Source: a virus
DNA: 64,000 nucleotides
Reading direction: 5' to 3' (one strand)
Virus record (IMG/VR): IMGVR_UViG_3300025581_000001
Location: 32,001-96,000 of that record
Below are positions 1 to 8,719 of the stretch, piece by piece. The translations under genes and the position numbers were made by a program. Below the pieces are notes generated by a model. It saw nothing but the letters and a program-made list of their open reading frames with translations. It had not been told where the DNA came from and did no database searches. Each line of letters starts with the position of its first letter. Position 1 is the stretch's first letter.

Positions 1-41
1 CATTTTTCAATCAAGAAAAACTGCAAAGGGCGCAGCAAGAG

Positions 42-293
42 GTGAAAGCGGAGCAGCAGCGAGAGTACGGAACCTGCCCCGATTGCGGTAAGCGATTTCC
101 GAAGCATTTACTGCTGGAAACATTGAGTGCTGGGCGTTGCTTCTCCTGCTATGACATGGAGATGCGGCGCATCAACGAAATGAATGCTCTGGCCGATAAG
201 GTGAAGGCGCAGCAGCGGACGGAGCAGGCCGAACTCGACTCGATGATCGTGCAGACGAAGAAGCGGGTCGTTCACATACGAAAGAGAGGGTAA
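42..293 (+). CDS. Hypothetical protein with CxxC...CxxC zinc-finger-like motif (start may lie upstream of window)
   Basis: CPDC and CFSC motifs in the ORF. Confidence 0.5.
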   Translation: MKAEQQREYGTCPDCGKRFPKHLLLETLSAGRCFSCYDMEMRRINEMNALADKVKAQQRTEQAELDSMIVQTKKRVVHIRKRG

Positions 294-297
294 CTAT

Positions 298-738
298 ACG
301 TCACATGTAGCCAGTATCGAATTGGAGATCAAGGACTTGGACGCGCTGGAGGAAGCCTGCGAGACGCTGGGCTTGCAGTTGGTGCGCGGCCAGAAGACGT
401 ACAAATGGTGGGGCCACAGCGTTGGCGACTACCCTTTACCACATGGCTTCAAAGCCAGCGACTTGGGCAATAGTGAGCATGCCATCCGCATACCCGGCGA
501 CAAGAACGCCTACGAGATTGGCGTGGTGCCTCGGCGCGACGGCAAGCCGGGCTATACCCTACTGTGGGACTTCTACGCCGGGGGCTACGGCATGGAAGCG
601 AAGGTCGGCAAGGACGCGTGCAAGCTGAAGCAGGCGTACAGCGCAGCCGTTGCCACCCGCCACTACCGCAAGCTGGGCTACCGCGTTAGCGTCGAGAAGA
701 AGGAAGGAGAAAGGCTGGTGGTCAAATGCCGCAAGTAA
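298..738 (+). CDS. DUF1257 (Ycf35-like) family protein
   Basis: In-frame extension reads (ACG)SHVASIELEIKDLDALEEACETLG, the typical SHxxxIxxEIKDxxAL N-terminus; neighbour of DUF2997; SD GAGAGGG at 284-290. Confidence 0.75.
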   Translation, partial: TSHVASIELEIKDLDALEEACETLGLQLVRGQKTYKWWGHSVGDYPLPHGFKASDLGNSEHAIRIPGDKNAYEIGVVPRRDGKPGYTLLWDFYAGGYGMEAKVGKDACKLKQAYSAAVATRHYRKLGYRVSVEKKEGERLVVKCRK

Positions 739-908
739 ATCAAATCACAACGACGGAATTGTGGAAGCGTCAGTTGTTATGTATTGCTGATGACCATCGC
801 AAGAAGTGCGACGGGGCAACCTGCAATATTATGCTGTCGACGCTGTTGTTTGTGGGTCTGGCTGCTGGTTTGCAGTTTACCGATGAAGAAAGATTGAGGT
901 TTTCGTAA
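726..908 (+). CDS. Small hypothetical protein
   Basis: Fills the gap between DUF1257 and DUF2997; TAATG overlap with next gene. Confidence 0.5.
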   Translation: MPQVNQITTTELWKRQLLCIADDHRKKCDGATCNIMLSTLLFVGLAAGLQFTDEERLRFS

Positions 909-1099
909 TGGCACAAGAAATCACCATCGACATTCCATTGCACGGCGAGATCAGCGTGAGCGTCGCCGGAGTCAAGGGCAAATCTTGCAAGGACGTTACC
1001 AAGGCGCTGGAAGCTGCGCTGGGCACCACAACCAAGGACGAATTGACGAGGGAGGCATATGAACAGCCCGAGCGAGTTCTCAATAGCAATCGACGTTGA
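908..1099 (+). CDS. DUF2997 family protein
   Basis: ITIDIPxxGEISVSVxGVKGxSCxDVTKALEAALG pattern, 63 aa. Confidence 0.8.
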   Translation: MAQEITIDIPLHGEISVSVAGVKGKSCKDVTKALEAALGTTTKDELTREAYEQPERVLNSNRR

Positions 1100-1313
1100 T
1101 GGTGTTGCGTCGATGATCTACTCGGATGAGCACGCTGAGTTCCTGCGCACGGGTACGACGACCGTGCGCCGCGCTTCTCACGTTGAGCCTGCGCCGCAGG
1201 GTGGCTGGACGGCGGATATGTCGCCAGTCGGAGGTCCACTACTTGGGCCGTTCGATTTGCGGCAGCAAGCGCTCGACGCCGAAGTCGAGTACCTCAAACA
1301 ACTGTTGTTCTAA
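1059..1313 (+). CDS. Conserved hypothetical protein typically found with DUF1257/DUF2997
   Basis: RRASHVEP...WxADMSPVGGPLLGPFxxRxxALxAEV motif recalled from such clusters. Confidence 0.65.
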   Translation: MNSPSEFSIAIDVDGVASMIYSDEHAEFLRTGTTTVRRASHVEPAPQGGWTADMSPVGGPLLGPFDLRQQALDAEVEYLKQLLF

Positions 1314-1316
1314 CCG

Positions 1317-1658
1317 ATGAAGGAGAGCAAGATGGCGAAAAAGAAAAGCAGGCTAATCTCCAAGGTGACAGGCGAGGAGATATCAGTCAAATCGGTAACC
1401 GCAAATCTCGCTTCCAGTGGTTTGTTCGATAAGCGAGTGATGAATGCACAGATTGCAAACAACAAGCATCTTCGCAGTATCGTTCCTACGGCGACGATGC
1501 TGAATGTGGATACAGAGGAGCAAAGCTTTTTGCTTAAATGCGAGCTTGGTTCCTACATTATTGAACTCATCAGCCAGTATCACGAAAAGGCGAAGATGAC
1601 CGGCCCAGCAGTAGCGAAATGCTTGTTGGATTGCATTATCACCGTGTTGGAGAAGTAA
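1317..1658 (+). CDS. Hypothetical protein
   Basis: ORF with AAGGAG SD before the ATG at 1332, which may be the real start. Confidence 0.55.
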   Translation: MKESKMAKKKSRLISKVTGEEISVKSVTANLASSGLFDKRVMNAQIANNKHLRSIVPTATMLNVDTEEQSFLLKCELGSYIIELISQYHEKAKMTGPAVAKCLLDCIITVLEK

Positions 1659-1680
1659 TCACGCATTGAAGGAGATCAAG

Positions 1681-2619
1681 ATGGCAAGCGCAAAAGAAAA
1701 CGTGGTAACCATGCCGACCAAGGCCAGCAACATCTTCGAGGAAGCGGTCGCGATGGTTGTTGACCTGGGCAAGCTGGGCCGCACCCGCAAGCTGAAGGGC
1801 GGGGCCTACGAGGTCGAGGGCACCGACAAGGAGCGCACCCAGGCCAGCAAGAAGCTGCTGCAGTGCGACGAGTTCGAGGACATCGTGCGCTTCGACAACC
1901 GCACCCGCTTCAAGATGGCAACCTTGAGCGTCAGCGCCAGCGAGTTCCGCGAGGGCGTATGGATGGTCAAGCTGTGCAATTACAACAAGGTCGTTAAGAT
2001 GCTCAAGGAGCGCCGCGCCGAGCGGTTGGAGCTGGTGGACGCACTGATGAAGAAGTACAAGCAGGCGCAGCAGGACGACGCGGAAGCGCTGGGGCCGAAC
2101 TTCAATCCCGCCGACTACCCGTCGGAGGACGAGGCCCGTGCCCGCTTCCGCATGGACTGGTACAGCATCCAGTTTTCGACGCCCAGTTCGGTGAAGAGCA
2201 TCTCGCGGCAGGCGTGGGAGGAGGAGAGCAACAGCATGAAGGAGATGGTGCGCGACATGACCACCGACTTCCAGAAGACGCTGTGCGTCGAGATGCAGGC
2301 GGTGGTTGACCACATGCTGGAGTGCGTGCAGGGCAACCTGAACGGCAAGAAGCGGAAGTTCAACTCCGACTTGGTGGACAAGGCGGTCGAGTTCTTCGAC
2401 AACCTGCCTGGCCGGAACATCACCAACGTCGCCGAGCTGGATAAGCTGGCCAAGCAAGCCGCGAGCATCCTGGTGGGCGTGGAGTCGCAGGACATCCGTG
2501 ACCGCAGTGCGGTGCGCAAGGAAGTGGCGGCGGGCTTTACCGAGATCAAGGCGACGCTGGAGACGCTGGTGGTCGACAAGCCGAGGCGGGCCGTGGCCAT
2601 CAGGAAGAAGGAGGCATGA
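1681..2619 (+). CDS. DUF3150-like coiled-coil protein
   Basis: ASKKLL and LGxxFNPADYP motifs; SD AAGGAG at 1669-1674; strong GC3 codon bias. Confidence 0.6.
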   Translation: MASAKENVVTMPTKASNIFEEAVAMVVDLGKLGRTRKLKGGAYEVEGTDKERTQASKKLLQCDEFEDIVRFDNRTRFKMATLSVSASEFREGVWMVKLCNYNKVVKMLKERRAERLELVDALMKKYKQAQQDDAEALGPNFNPADYPSEDEARARFRMDWYSIQFSTPSSVKSISRQAWEEESNSMKEMVRDMTTDFQKTLCVEMQAVVDHMLECVQGNLNGKKRKFNSDLVDKAVEFFDNLPGRNITNVAELDKLAKQAASILVGVESQDIRDRSAVRKEVAAGFTEIKATLETLVVDKPRRAVAIRKKEA

Positions 2620-2939
2620 TGACACTTTTAGATAGGTGTTGGATTGGGATACTTCTTTTGTTGTTACTAGAGCCAAGAATAAAAGACATGAGCTGGTTTG
2701 ATGCTGTAGTTTTTTTCTTGGCCATGTTGTTTTGCTTGTGGTCAACTTGGGAAAGTAGAAAAAAGGAGTATAGCGATGGCAAGGAAAAGCGTTAATCCGA
2801 ACGACCGTAAGAAGTCGCAGTGCGTAGAGGCAAAACAAATGCGTCGTGCGGTCATTGAGATCCCCGAGCGTCGCGAGCATCGGCAGGTGCTGCGCGAGCA
2901 GACTGGCATCGAGTCGCGCAAGCCGAGAAAGGAATCGTA

Positions 2940-3260
2940 ATGCCAAAACTGAAAGAAAGTAAGTTCAAGTTGAACCTCAAACGGAAGTTGCCAAAACGGT
3001 GTCCGTCGAAGTGCCCATTCTGCGGTATGCAATGCTTGGGTGCGATGGCTCACATTGGAACCGTAGAGCACCAGTGCAACGAACACTTCTGGATTGTTGG
3101 CTCGCTCAAGGCCTTGTTCGTTCGGAATGTCTACCGGGCGATTCTGGAGCTTGCGCATCAGGTTGATGATATAACGAAGAACGACCAACTCGTTGCGGAA
3201 AAGACAGGCTTCGAGTCCGGCTACGAAGCAGGCTTCAAAGATGGAAGGAGAGTGAGATGA
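2940..3260 (+). CDS. Hypothetical protein (Cys-rich)
   Basis: ORF in a tightly packed operon; CPxxCPFC. Confidence 0.55.
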   Translation: MPKLKESKFKLNLKRKLPKRCPSKCPFCGMQCLGAMAHIGTVEHQCNEHFWIVGSLKALFVRNVYRAILELAHQVDDITKNDQLVAEKTGFESGYEAGFKDGRRVR

Positions 3261-3550
3261 GAGGTTTCGAAGCGGTGCGCTTGCAGGTGCAGGAGTATCA
3301 GCAGGCGCACTCTAAGCCCCCGGATGCGAGGGATGCTCGCAAGCTGGCGAAGCAGTTCACCAGTAACTTGCGGGGTCGCTCTGACGAGAACTACTGGTTC
3401 GTGTGGGCCGCTTGTGCGCTGCTAAACCATGAGCCGTTCTGCCGCTATTGGAGACGGCCCAAGGCGACGGCGGAAGACCAGCGCAAGCGCATGGCAGCGC
3501 GGGCTAAGGCGGTGGTGTCTGCAATGGAGGCCAAACGTGGGCTACCATAG
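3257..3550 (+). CDS. Hypothetical protein
   Basis: ATGA overlap, SD AAGGAG. Confidence 0.6.
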   Translation: MRGFEAVRLQVQEYQQAHSKPPDARDARKLAKQFTSNLRGRSDENYWFVWAACALLNHEPFCRYWRRPKATAEDQRKRMAARAKAVVSAMEAKRGLP

Positions 3551-3794
3551 CGCCATAAAACGGCAACTGTTGCGTCCACGTTGCGCCGTGGCGCATCGAA
3601 CCATGCGGTATGGCAGTGGTAGGCTGGCATTCCGCCGGGGCGACGCCGTGGCGATTGTGACCCCCGACTTGGGGCCGTTCTACGTGTTCAAGGCGGGCGC
3701 GACGGCGGATGACTTCGAGCACGGCAAAGGGTTGCTCTACACTTACGATTCTCAACAAGAGTTAAGACGGTACGTGGTGGAGGAGGAAGCATGA
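3537..3794 (+). CDS. Hypothetical protein
   Basis: GTG start after GGAGG SD; 3' part of track ORF 3429..3794. Confidence 0.5.
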   Translation: MGYHSAIKRQLLRPRCAVAHRTMRYGSGRLAFRRGDAVAIVTPDLGPFYVFKAGATADDFEHGKGLLYTYDSQQELRRYVVEEEA

Positions 3795-3988
3795 AGAGTT
3801 TAGTAGGGAAAGTATGTGTCGATGACCAGATGGTCGATGTAAATGCACCGATTGAAGTCGAGGTCGCGATTAGTGTAAACGGTAAAACGCTGTGGGTAAA
3901 CGTCGACGGTATTTGTCGCTTGCGATGCTGCCAGATGAAGCCGAAGGTAATTCGGTTTGACGACAGACGAAAGAGAGGCAAGCTGTGA
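3791..3988 (+). CDS. Hypothetical protein
   Basis: ATGA overlap, SD GGAGG. Confidence 0.55.
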   Translation: MKSLVGKVCVDDQMVDVNAPIEVEVAISVNGKTLWVNVDGICRLRCCQMKPKVIRFDDRRKRGKL

Positions 3989-4854
3989 AGCTGAAACACA
4001 CGAGTACGACTTTCCGGCACTCGCGCAAGCCGGTGCCGCAAGAAGACCCGACGGTGCAGAGTCCCGACCGTCGCAAGCTGAAGGGCATCTACCGCAGCAT
4101 CACCAGCGCGACCGACGAGGTGCGCGCCGAGGGGTTGGCCAAGGCGCTGCACTGGTACGACGGCGCGTGGGCGTGGTTGCAGCAGGACAAGAAGAAAAAG
4201 CCGCTGCTGACGATGGAGTCTCTTAAGCTGGTCAACGACGCCAACAAGCACCGCCAGCACGCGCATGAGCATTACGACGACTTGGGCATCCGCGAGCAGT
4301 CATTGCGCCATGCCATCGCCTGCTACGAGTTAGCAGTTCGCAAGCCACTGCCTACCAAGAAGGTGGCCGACCTGTACGACATGCTGGACAAGCGCAAGGT
4401 GCGGTTAGACAAGCGCGAGGAGAGGCTGTCGCACATCTACAAGAAGGTGCTCGATGAGCTGTTCGACGCGTTCAAGCCCAAGAACGGGCGCGGCGAGGCG
4501 ATAAAGTACCGGGTTTGTGATGATCCGAGGGGTGATGGTAATCCCGAGAGACGACCACGGTGGACAACGCAGGCCATTCGCATAATGAACTACACGCATG
4601 AGCACGCTAAGTGGATGACCCGCACGGTGCGCAGCGAGGGCTGGCTCGGCGTGCTGAACGAGGAGGTGCAGTGGCTGGCCCACTTGTCGCTGGCCAAGTG
4701 GGACATGGATAAGGGGAAGCTGAAGGTGGTCAACCCCGACTTGGGCAACGCCATCAAGAAGCTGATGGAGAACGTGCGCCGGTACGCCGTCGCCAACCCG
4801 AAGTTCGCGCTGCGGCTGGTCAAGGGGCGGCGCAGAAAGAAGGTGGTTGTATGA
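3985..4854 (+). CDS. Hypothetical basic protein (289 aa)
   Basis: Long ORF, GC3 bias, GTGA/ATGA overlaps at both ends. Confidence 0.7.
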   Translation: MKLKHTSTTFRHSRKPVPQEDPTVQSPDRRKLKGIYRSITSATDEVRAEGLAKALHWYDGAWAWLQQDKKKKPLLTMESLKLVNDANKHRQHAHEHYDDLGIREQSLRHAIACYELAVRKPLPTKKVADLYDMLDKRKVRLDKREERLSHIYKKVLDELFDAFKPKNGRGEAIKYRVCDDPRGDGNPERRPRWTTQAIRIMNYTHEHAKWMTRTVRSEGWLGVLNEEVQWLAHLSLAKWDMDKGKLKVVNPDLGNAIKKLMENVRRYAVANPKFALRLVKGRRRKKVVV

Positions 4855-5165
4855 GTGAAAGCGTGAAGCAAAATGATGTGGGTACGAAAAATCATCTGGA
4901 TGCTTTGCATGCGTGGATGGAGTTGCAGGATACCGAGGCCTTCATGGTACTGGGAGCGGCACGGCAGATCGATGGGTTTAACGTCGAGCATGTGAAGTCG
5001 CTGAGCAAGCAATTGCTACAGACTCCAGAAGAAGGGAAATTTACCACAGTGGAGGTTGCGCTTGCATTTCAGTATGCGTTATCTTTTCTGTGCAATCAGA
5101 TGATCAGGAAGACGGATTATCTGCTCGAATTGCTACACCAGAAGGGTGGAAAGGTGGACGCATGA
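4851..5165 (+). CDS. Hypothetical protein
   Basis: ATGA overlap. Confidence 0.55.
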   Translation: MSESVKQNDVGTKNHLDALHAWMELQDTEAFMVLGAARQIDGFNVEHVKSLSKQLLQTPEEGKFTTVEVALAFQYALSFLCNQMIRKTDYLLELLHQKGGKVDA

Positions 5166-5244
5166 TGTGCGTAATTGCTGTGCTTAGTGCAATTGCTGCT
5201 GCTGCGATTGTGTATTTTCTAAGAAATGAAGGGGGTGATTTCTG

Positions 5245-5493
5245 ATGTGGCTGACCATCGTGCTCCTGCTGCTGTTCTGCTGGTTGGTATACCGCAGGCA
5301 GCGGCGCATCGAGCGGCGACGGGCGAAGCAGTGGCAGCAAGAAGATGACTGGCTGAAGTTGTCGCAACCTGACCGTGAGGCGCTGGCTCGCATTGAGAAG
5401 CGGCTCGACGAGTTGCTCAGGCAGCAGGAAGAGGACTGGGTGAAGCTGTCGGCAGCCGCTGCGATGGACAAGAAAACAGATGCACCTAACTGA
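5245..5493 (+). CDS. Small membrane-anchored coiled-coil protein
   Basis: N-terminal hydrophobic helix WLTIVLLLLFCWLV followed by basic residues; internal QQE(E)DxWxKLS duplication. Confidence 0.55.
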   Translation: MWLTIVLLLLFCWLVYRRQRRIERRRAKQWQQEDDWLKLSQPDREALARIEKRLDELLRQQEEDWVKLSAAAAMDKKTDAPN

Positions 5494-5671
5494 GACTGGA
5501 GCAGAACATGCAGAACATGACAGAGGTTGAGGCGCTGCGCAAGTACTTAGCATTAACTGGCGATTGGACTATTGCGGTGTCTGATGGCCACCCACAACCG
5601 TGTTCCTGCCCAATTTGTGAAGCAAGCATTATTGTAGTTGGTCTGGGGCATAAAGCGGTAAAAAAGGAGAA

Positions 5672-6637
5672 GTGATGAAAGCACTGGTGGTATCACAAAA
5701 CTTATGCGGGGACTCGCTCTACATTCAGCCTGCGGTCAAGAAGTGGCAGGCCGAACACCCCGACTGGCAGCTCGACCTGCTGACCCACAAGAACTACATT
5801 GCAGTGCTGTATTGCGGCATGGGCATCGACTGGCACTACGTGTTCTTCGATGACTGCGATGCTACCGACGCGTCGCAGTACGACTCGAAGTTTCTGCTGG
5901 GCGCAGGCGACGCGGGCAAGCTTGCGGAGCAGCGCAAGTGCCATATCGCCGAGGCGTATGCCGAGATGATGGGGGTGAAGCTGGACGAGCCGATCATCGA
6001 GACGCCGTTCGGGAAGTTCCGCGCCATCAGGCCGCACTTTGACCCGATTGAGGCTCGCTCAGGAACGAGCTTGGAAGTTTTGACTCGAGCAATGGAACGA
6101 CAGCGATTGCATAACGATTGTGTGCTGTGGTCGCCGTTCAGCGCCAGCTGCACCTCGCAGGAGAAAGACAGGGATGGCAGGCTACTGGGCAAGCCACCGA
6201 ACAAGATGTTGACGACGAAGTCGTGGATGGATGCTATCCGCTACATGCGCTCGCTGGGGCCGTTGCGATTGCTGGGTGGGCTGGACGAGGAGGTGCCTGC
6301 GACGTGGCAACTGACGCTGGAAGAGATGGAGACGCTGGGCCTTCCATTGGCCGAGACCGCTCTGCTGATGCGGCAGTCGCGTCTGGTGGTGACCGTGGAC
6401 AATGGCATGGGCCATCTCGCGGCGTCGCAGGATGCGAATTGCGTCGTGTTTTATCCCATGGTGCTCAGCCTCGGTTTTATATTTCCTTGGGGCTGTCCGT
6501 ATTCGGTGCCAATCCACATGCGTCCGCAGGACATCACCAGCGCGTCGGCGCTGTACTATGTCGAGCGGTCGGTCAAGTGGCTCGACAAGCAGCGGGGCCT
6601 GCGCAGCCGCGCCAGTAGCGGGCAAAGTAGTACTTGA
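5672..6637 (+). CDS. Glycosyltransferase family 9 (heptosyltransferase-like)
   Basis: N-terminal GDSLxxxPAVK and C-terminal LVVTVDNGMGHLAAS motifs typical of GT9. Confidence 0.75.
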   Translation: MMKALVVSQNLCGDSLYIQPAVKKWQAEHPDWQLDLLTHKNYIAVLYCGMGIDWHYVFFDDCDATDASQYDSKFLLGAGDAGKLAEQRKCHIAEAYAEMMGVKLDEPIIETPFGKFRAIRPHFDPIEARSGTSLEVLTRAMERQRLHNDCVLWSPFSASCTSQEKDRDGRLLGKPPNKMLTTKSWMDAIRYMRSLGPLRLLGGLDEEVPATWQLTLEEMETLGLPLAETALLMRQSRLVVTVDNGMGHLAASQDANCVVFYPMVLSLGFIFPWGCPYSVPIHMRPQDITSASALYYVERSVKWLDKQRGLRSRASSGQSST

Positions 6638-6661
6638 CCTTTGAGTCGTTTCATTTATAAT
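6634..6661 (+). promoter_or_regulatory. Sigma70-type promoter TTGACC-N16-TATAAT
   Basis: TTGACC at 6634-6639 and TATAAT at 6656-6661 in an AT-rich gap, upstream of GGAGG SD and ATG 6695. Confidence 0.6.
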
Positions 6662-6694
6662 AATAGAGACGCCGAAGAAGCGTTTGGAGGTTGT

Positions 6695-6886
6695 ATGGCG
6701 AAGTCAAAGTTTACCAAATTTGCTGCCAAGGTCGCTGCTGCCGAGCTTGTTGCTAAACGGCAAACTGAAAACAAAAAGTTGAACAAGGTACGTGGCTGCA
6801 AGGACTGCGGTGTGGTGCGTGCCTACGATCAGAAGAAGTGCGGATGTGGTTCTAAGCGCAGTCGCGTGTTCGACGACAACGAGTGA
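6695..6886 (+). CDS. Small zinc-ribbon protein
   Basis: CKDCG...CGCG; SD GGAGG before ATG 6695. Confidence 0.55.
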   Translation: MAKSKFTKFAAKVAAAELVAKRQTENKKLNKVRGCKDCGVVRAYDQKKCGCGSKRSRVFDDNE

Positions 6887-6897
6887 AGGAGAGAAAC

Positions 6898-7332
6898 ATG
6901 GCAAGTGAGAACGGCAACAACTACGACGCGATGCTGGAGAAGGTGAAGCGCGGGCACCGCGTCACGACCGAGGTCATCAACTTTTTCTGCGGGCTGTACG
7001 CGCAGGCGAAGGAGCTGGCCAAGCAGCAGTCCGAGCTGGGCATCGAGATCAAGGTCGCCCTGCTGCGCGACAAGGAGATGGTCGCGGCCCCGCCCGACTG
7101 CCCCTACATGCTGAAGCTGACGGTCACCGACCCCAAGCCGTTTATTTCGACCACGGTGAACTGGAAAGGCATTGCTCGCGAGCTGGCTACAGCTACGTTC
7201 GGCAAGAACTACGAGCAGAAGCCATCGTGGAAGCATGCGGTGAAGCAGGGGACGACGACCACGACCACGACGGCGGAGTCGCAGGTGCGGCTGAACCCGC
7301 CTATGCTGAACCCCGAGTACAAGAAGCTCTAA
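6898..7332 (+). CDS. Hypothetical protein
   Basis: SD AAGGAG; GC3 bias. Confidence 0.65.
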   Translation: MASENGNNYDAMLEKVKRGHRVTTEVINFFCGLYAQAKELAKQQSELGIEIKVALLRDKEMVAAPPDCPYMLKLTVTDPKPFISTTVNWKGIARELATATFGKNYEQKPSWKHAVKQGTTTTTTTAESQVRLNPPMLNPEYKKL

Positions 7333-7342
7333 GGAGGGCAAG

Positions 7343-7564
7343 ATGGCACAGCGAGAGATTTCGTTCTTGCGGGCATCCAGCAACTTGTCGTGCGCGGTCT
7401 ACGACGAGGAGACGCAGGAACTGAATGTTGTATTCCTGAACGGCAGCCAGTACCGCTACAAAAAGGTGCCCAAGGACGTCGCCGATGGCTTCAGCACCGC
7501 GAAGTCGGCTGGCGGGTACCTGAACGCGTGCATCAAGGGGAAGTACGAGTTCGAACGGCTGTAA
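7343..7564 (+). CDS. KTSC domain protein
   Basis: SSNL...YDxxTQELxVxFxNGxxYRYxxVP...FxxAxSAGGYLNxxIKGKY is the KTSC signature. Confidence 0.9.
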   Translation: MAQREISFLRASSNLSCAVYDEETQELNVVFLNGSQYRYKKVPKDVADGFSTAKSAGGYLNACIKGKYEFERL

Positions 7565-7586
7565 CTACCGATGAAAGCAGGCGGCT

Positions 7587-8453
7587 ATGAAGAAGACATG
7601 GGCGGAGCAGAACAGCGGTCGCATCGAAGCAGCGCTGCAGTCTATCGGGGGTAAGGTGCCCCGCGAGCGCTGCCCCAAGGGGGTCACCACCGACGAGTTC
7701 GCGCTGCCGGAGAAGCGGCTCGACAAGTGCTCGGGGGGAGACCGCTTCCTGACGTTCTTCCAGATGGACGGCAAGACGCACTGCCTGTTCCGGGGTACGG
7801 TGCTGCGCCCTGGCTCGTGCTCGGTGACCGTCATGGTCGACGGCGACGGCAAGCGCCGCCAGATGACGGTGCATCGCGGTGGGAAGGACGAGCAGCTTGT
7901 CGAGTTCGATGGTTCAGCACGCCCGATTCATTGGGCGGGAGAAGTGCCGGTGCGGGTGATTGGCAAGGTCGCGCTGAGCGATTACTGGCGCAGCATGAAC
8001 AATCTGCCACCCCTGAACGGCGAGGCAAAAACGAAGTCTAAACCGAAAGTACAACAAGGAGATGAGGATATGCCTGATTACATGAAGCGTGCGAAGAAGC
8101 TTGCGGAAGAGATGGAAGGCGACGAGCCCGAGACCGACGAAGTCGAGACCGCTGATAAGACTGCCAGCAAGAAGAAGGTTAAGGCGGTCGCCAAGACCGG
8201 AAAGAAGTCTGCGGCTACCAAGGCCGGTCACGATGCTCCCAAGCGGAAGTCGAGCGGCCATGCGACCCCCAAGGTTGGTGCGACCTTCGAGGCGAATGCC
8301 AAGGGCAAGACCTACACCATGAAGGTGGTTAAGGGCAAGGACGGCGAGGTCGGCTTCCAGGTCGGTAAGACCGTCTACACCAGCGTGTCCTCGGCGGGCA
8401 GCGCGGTGACCAAGGGAGCCTGCAACGGCTGGAAGTTTTGGAAGATCGACTAA
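7587..8453 (+). CDS. Hypothetical protein with Lys/Ala-rich linker and C-terminal RAMA/DUF2924-like DNA-binding domain
   Basis: C-terminal GxxYTSVSSAGSAVTxGxCNGWKFW motif; possible internal start at 8070. Confidence 0.65.
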   Translation: MKKTWAEQNSGRIEAALQSIGGKVPRERCPKGVTTDEFALPEKRLDKCSGGDRFLTFFQMDGKTHCLFRGTVLRPGSCSVTVMVDGDGKRRQMTVHRGGKDEQLVEFDGSARPIHWAGEVPVRVIGKVALSDYWRSMNNLPPLNGEAKTKSKPKVQQGDEDMPDYMKRAKKLAEEMEGDEPETDEVETADKTASKKKVKAVAKTGKKSAATKAGHDAPKRKSSGHATPKVGATFEANAKGKTYTMKVVKGKDGEVGFQVGKTVYTSVSSAGSAVTKGACNGWKFWKID

Positions 8454-8489
8454 TTCCAGAAGGCCAGCATTTCGAAGCAGTGAATACGG

Positions 8490-8527
8490 AGGGCTGGCGG
8501 CAGAGATGCTGACCAGCCCTTGTTTTG
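8490..8527 (+). terminator. Rho-independent terminator
   Basis: AGGGCTGG-CGGCA...TGCTG-A-CCAGCCCT hairpin followed by TGTTTT. Confidence 0.65.
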
Positions 8528-8719
8528 CTTGCGAAAGGAAGTGGTGAATGAAAAGGAAAGTCTGGAAGTTGTCATTGCAGGTGCTCGTCGAGTGTGAAAC
8601 ACAGCAAGAAGCGGATGCACATTTGGTGGAAGCTGTTGATGCCATGAAGTCAGAAGGCTTCGGCGAACTGGAAAGTTCGGCTGAGTTTTGGGGAACTGTA
8701 GTTAAGAAGGGATACTGAC

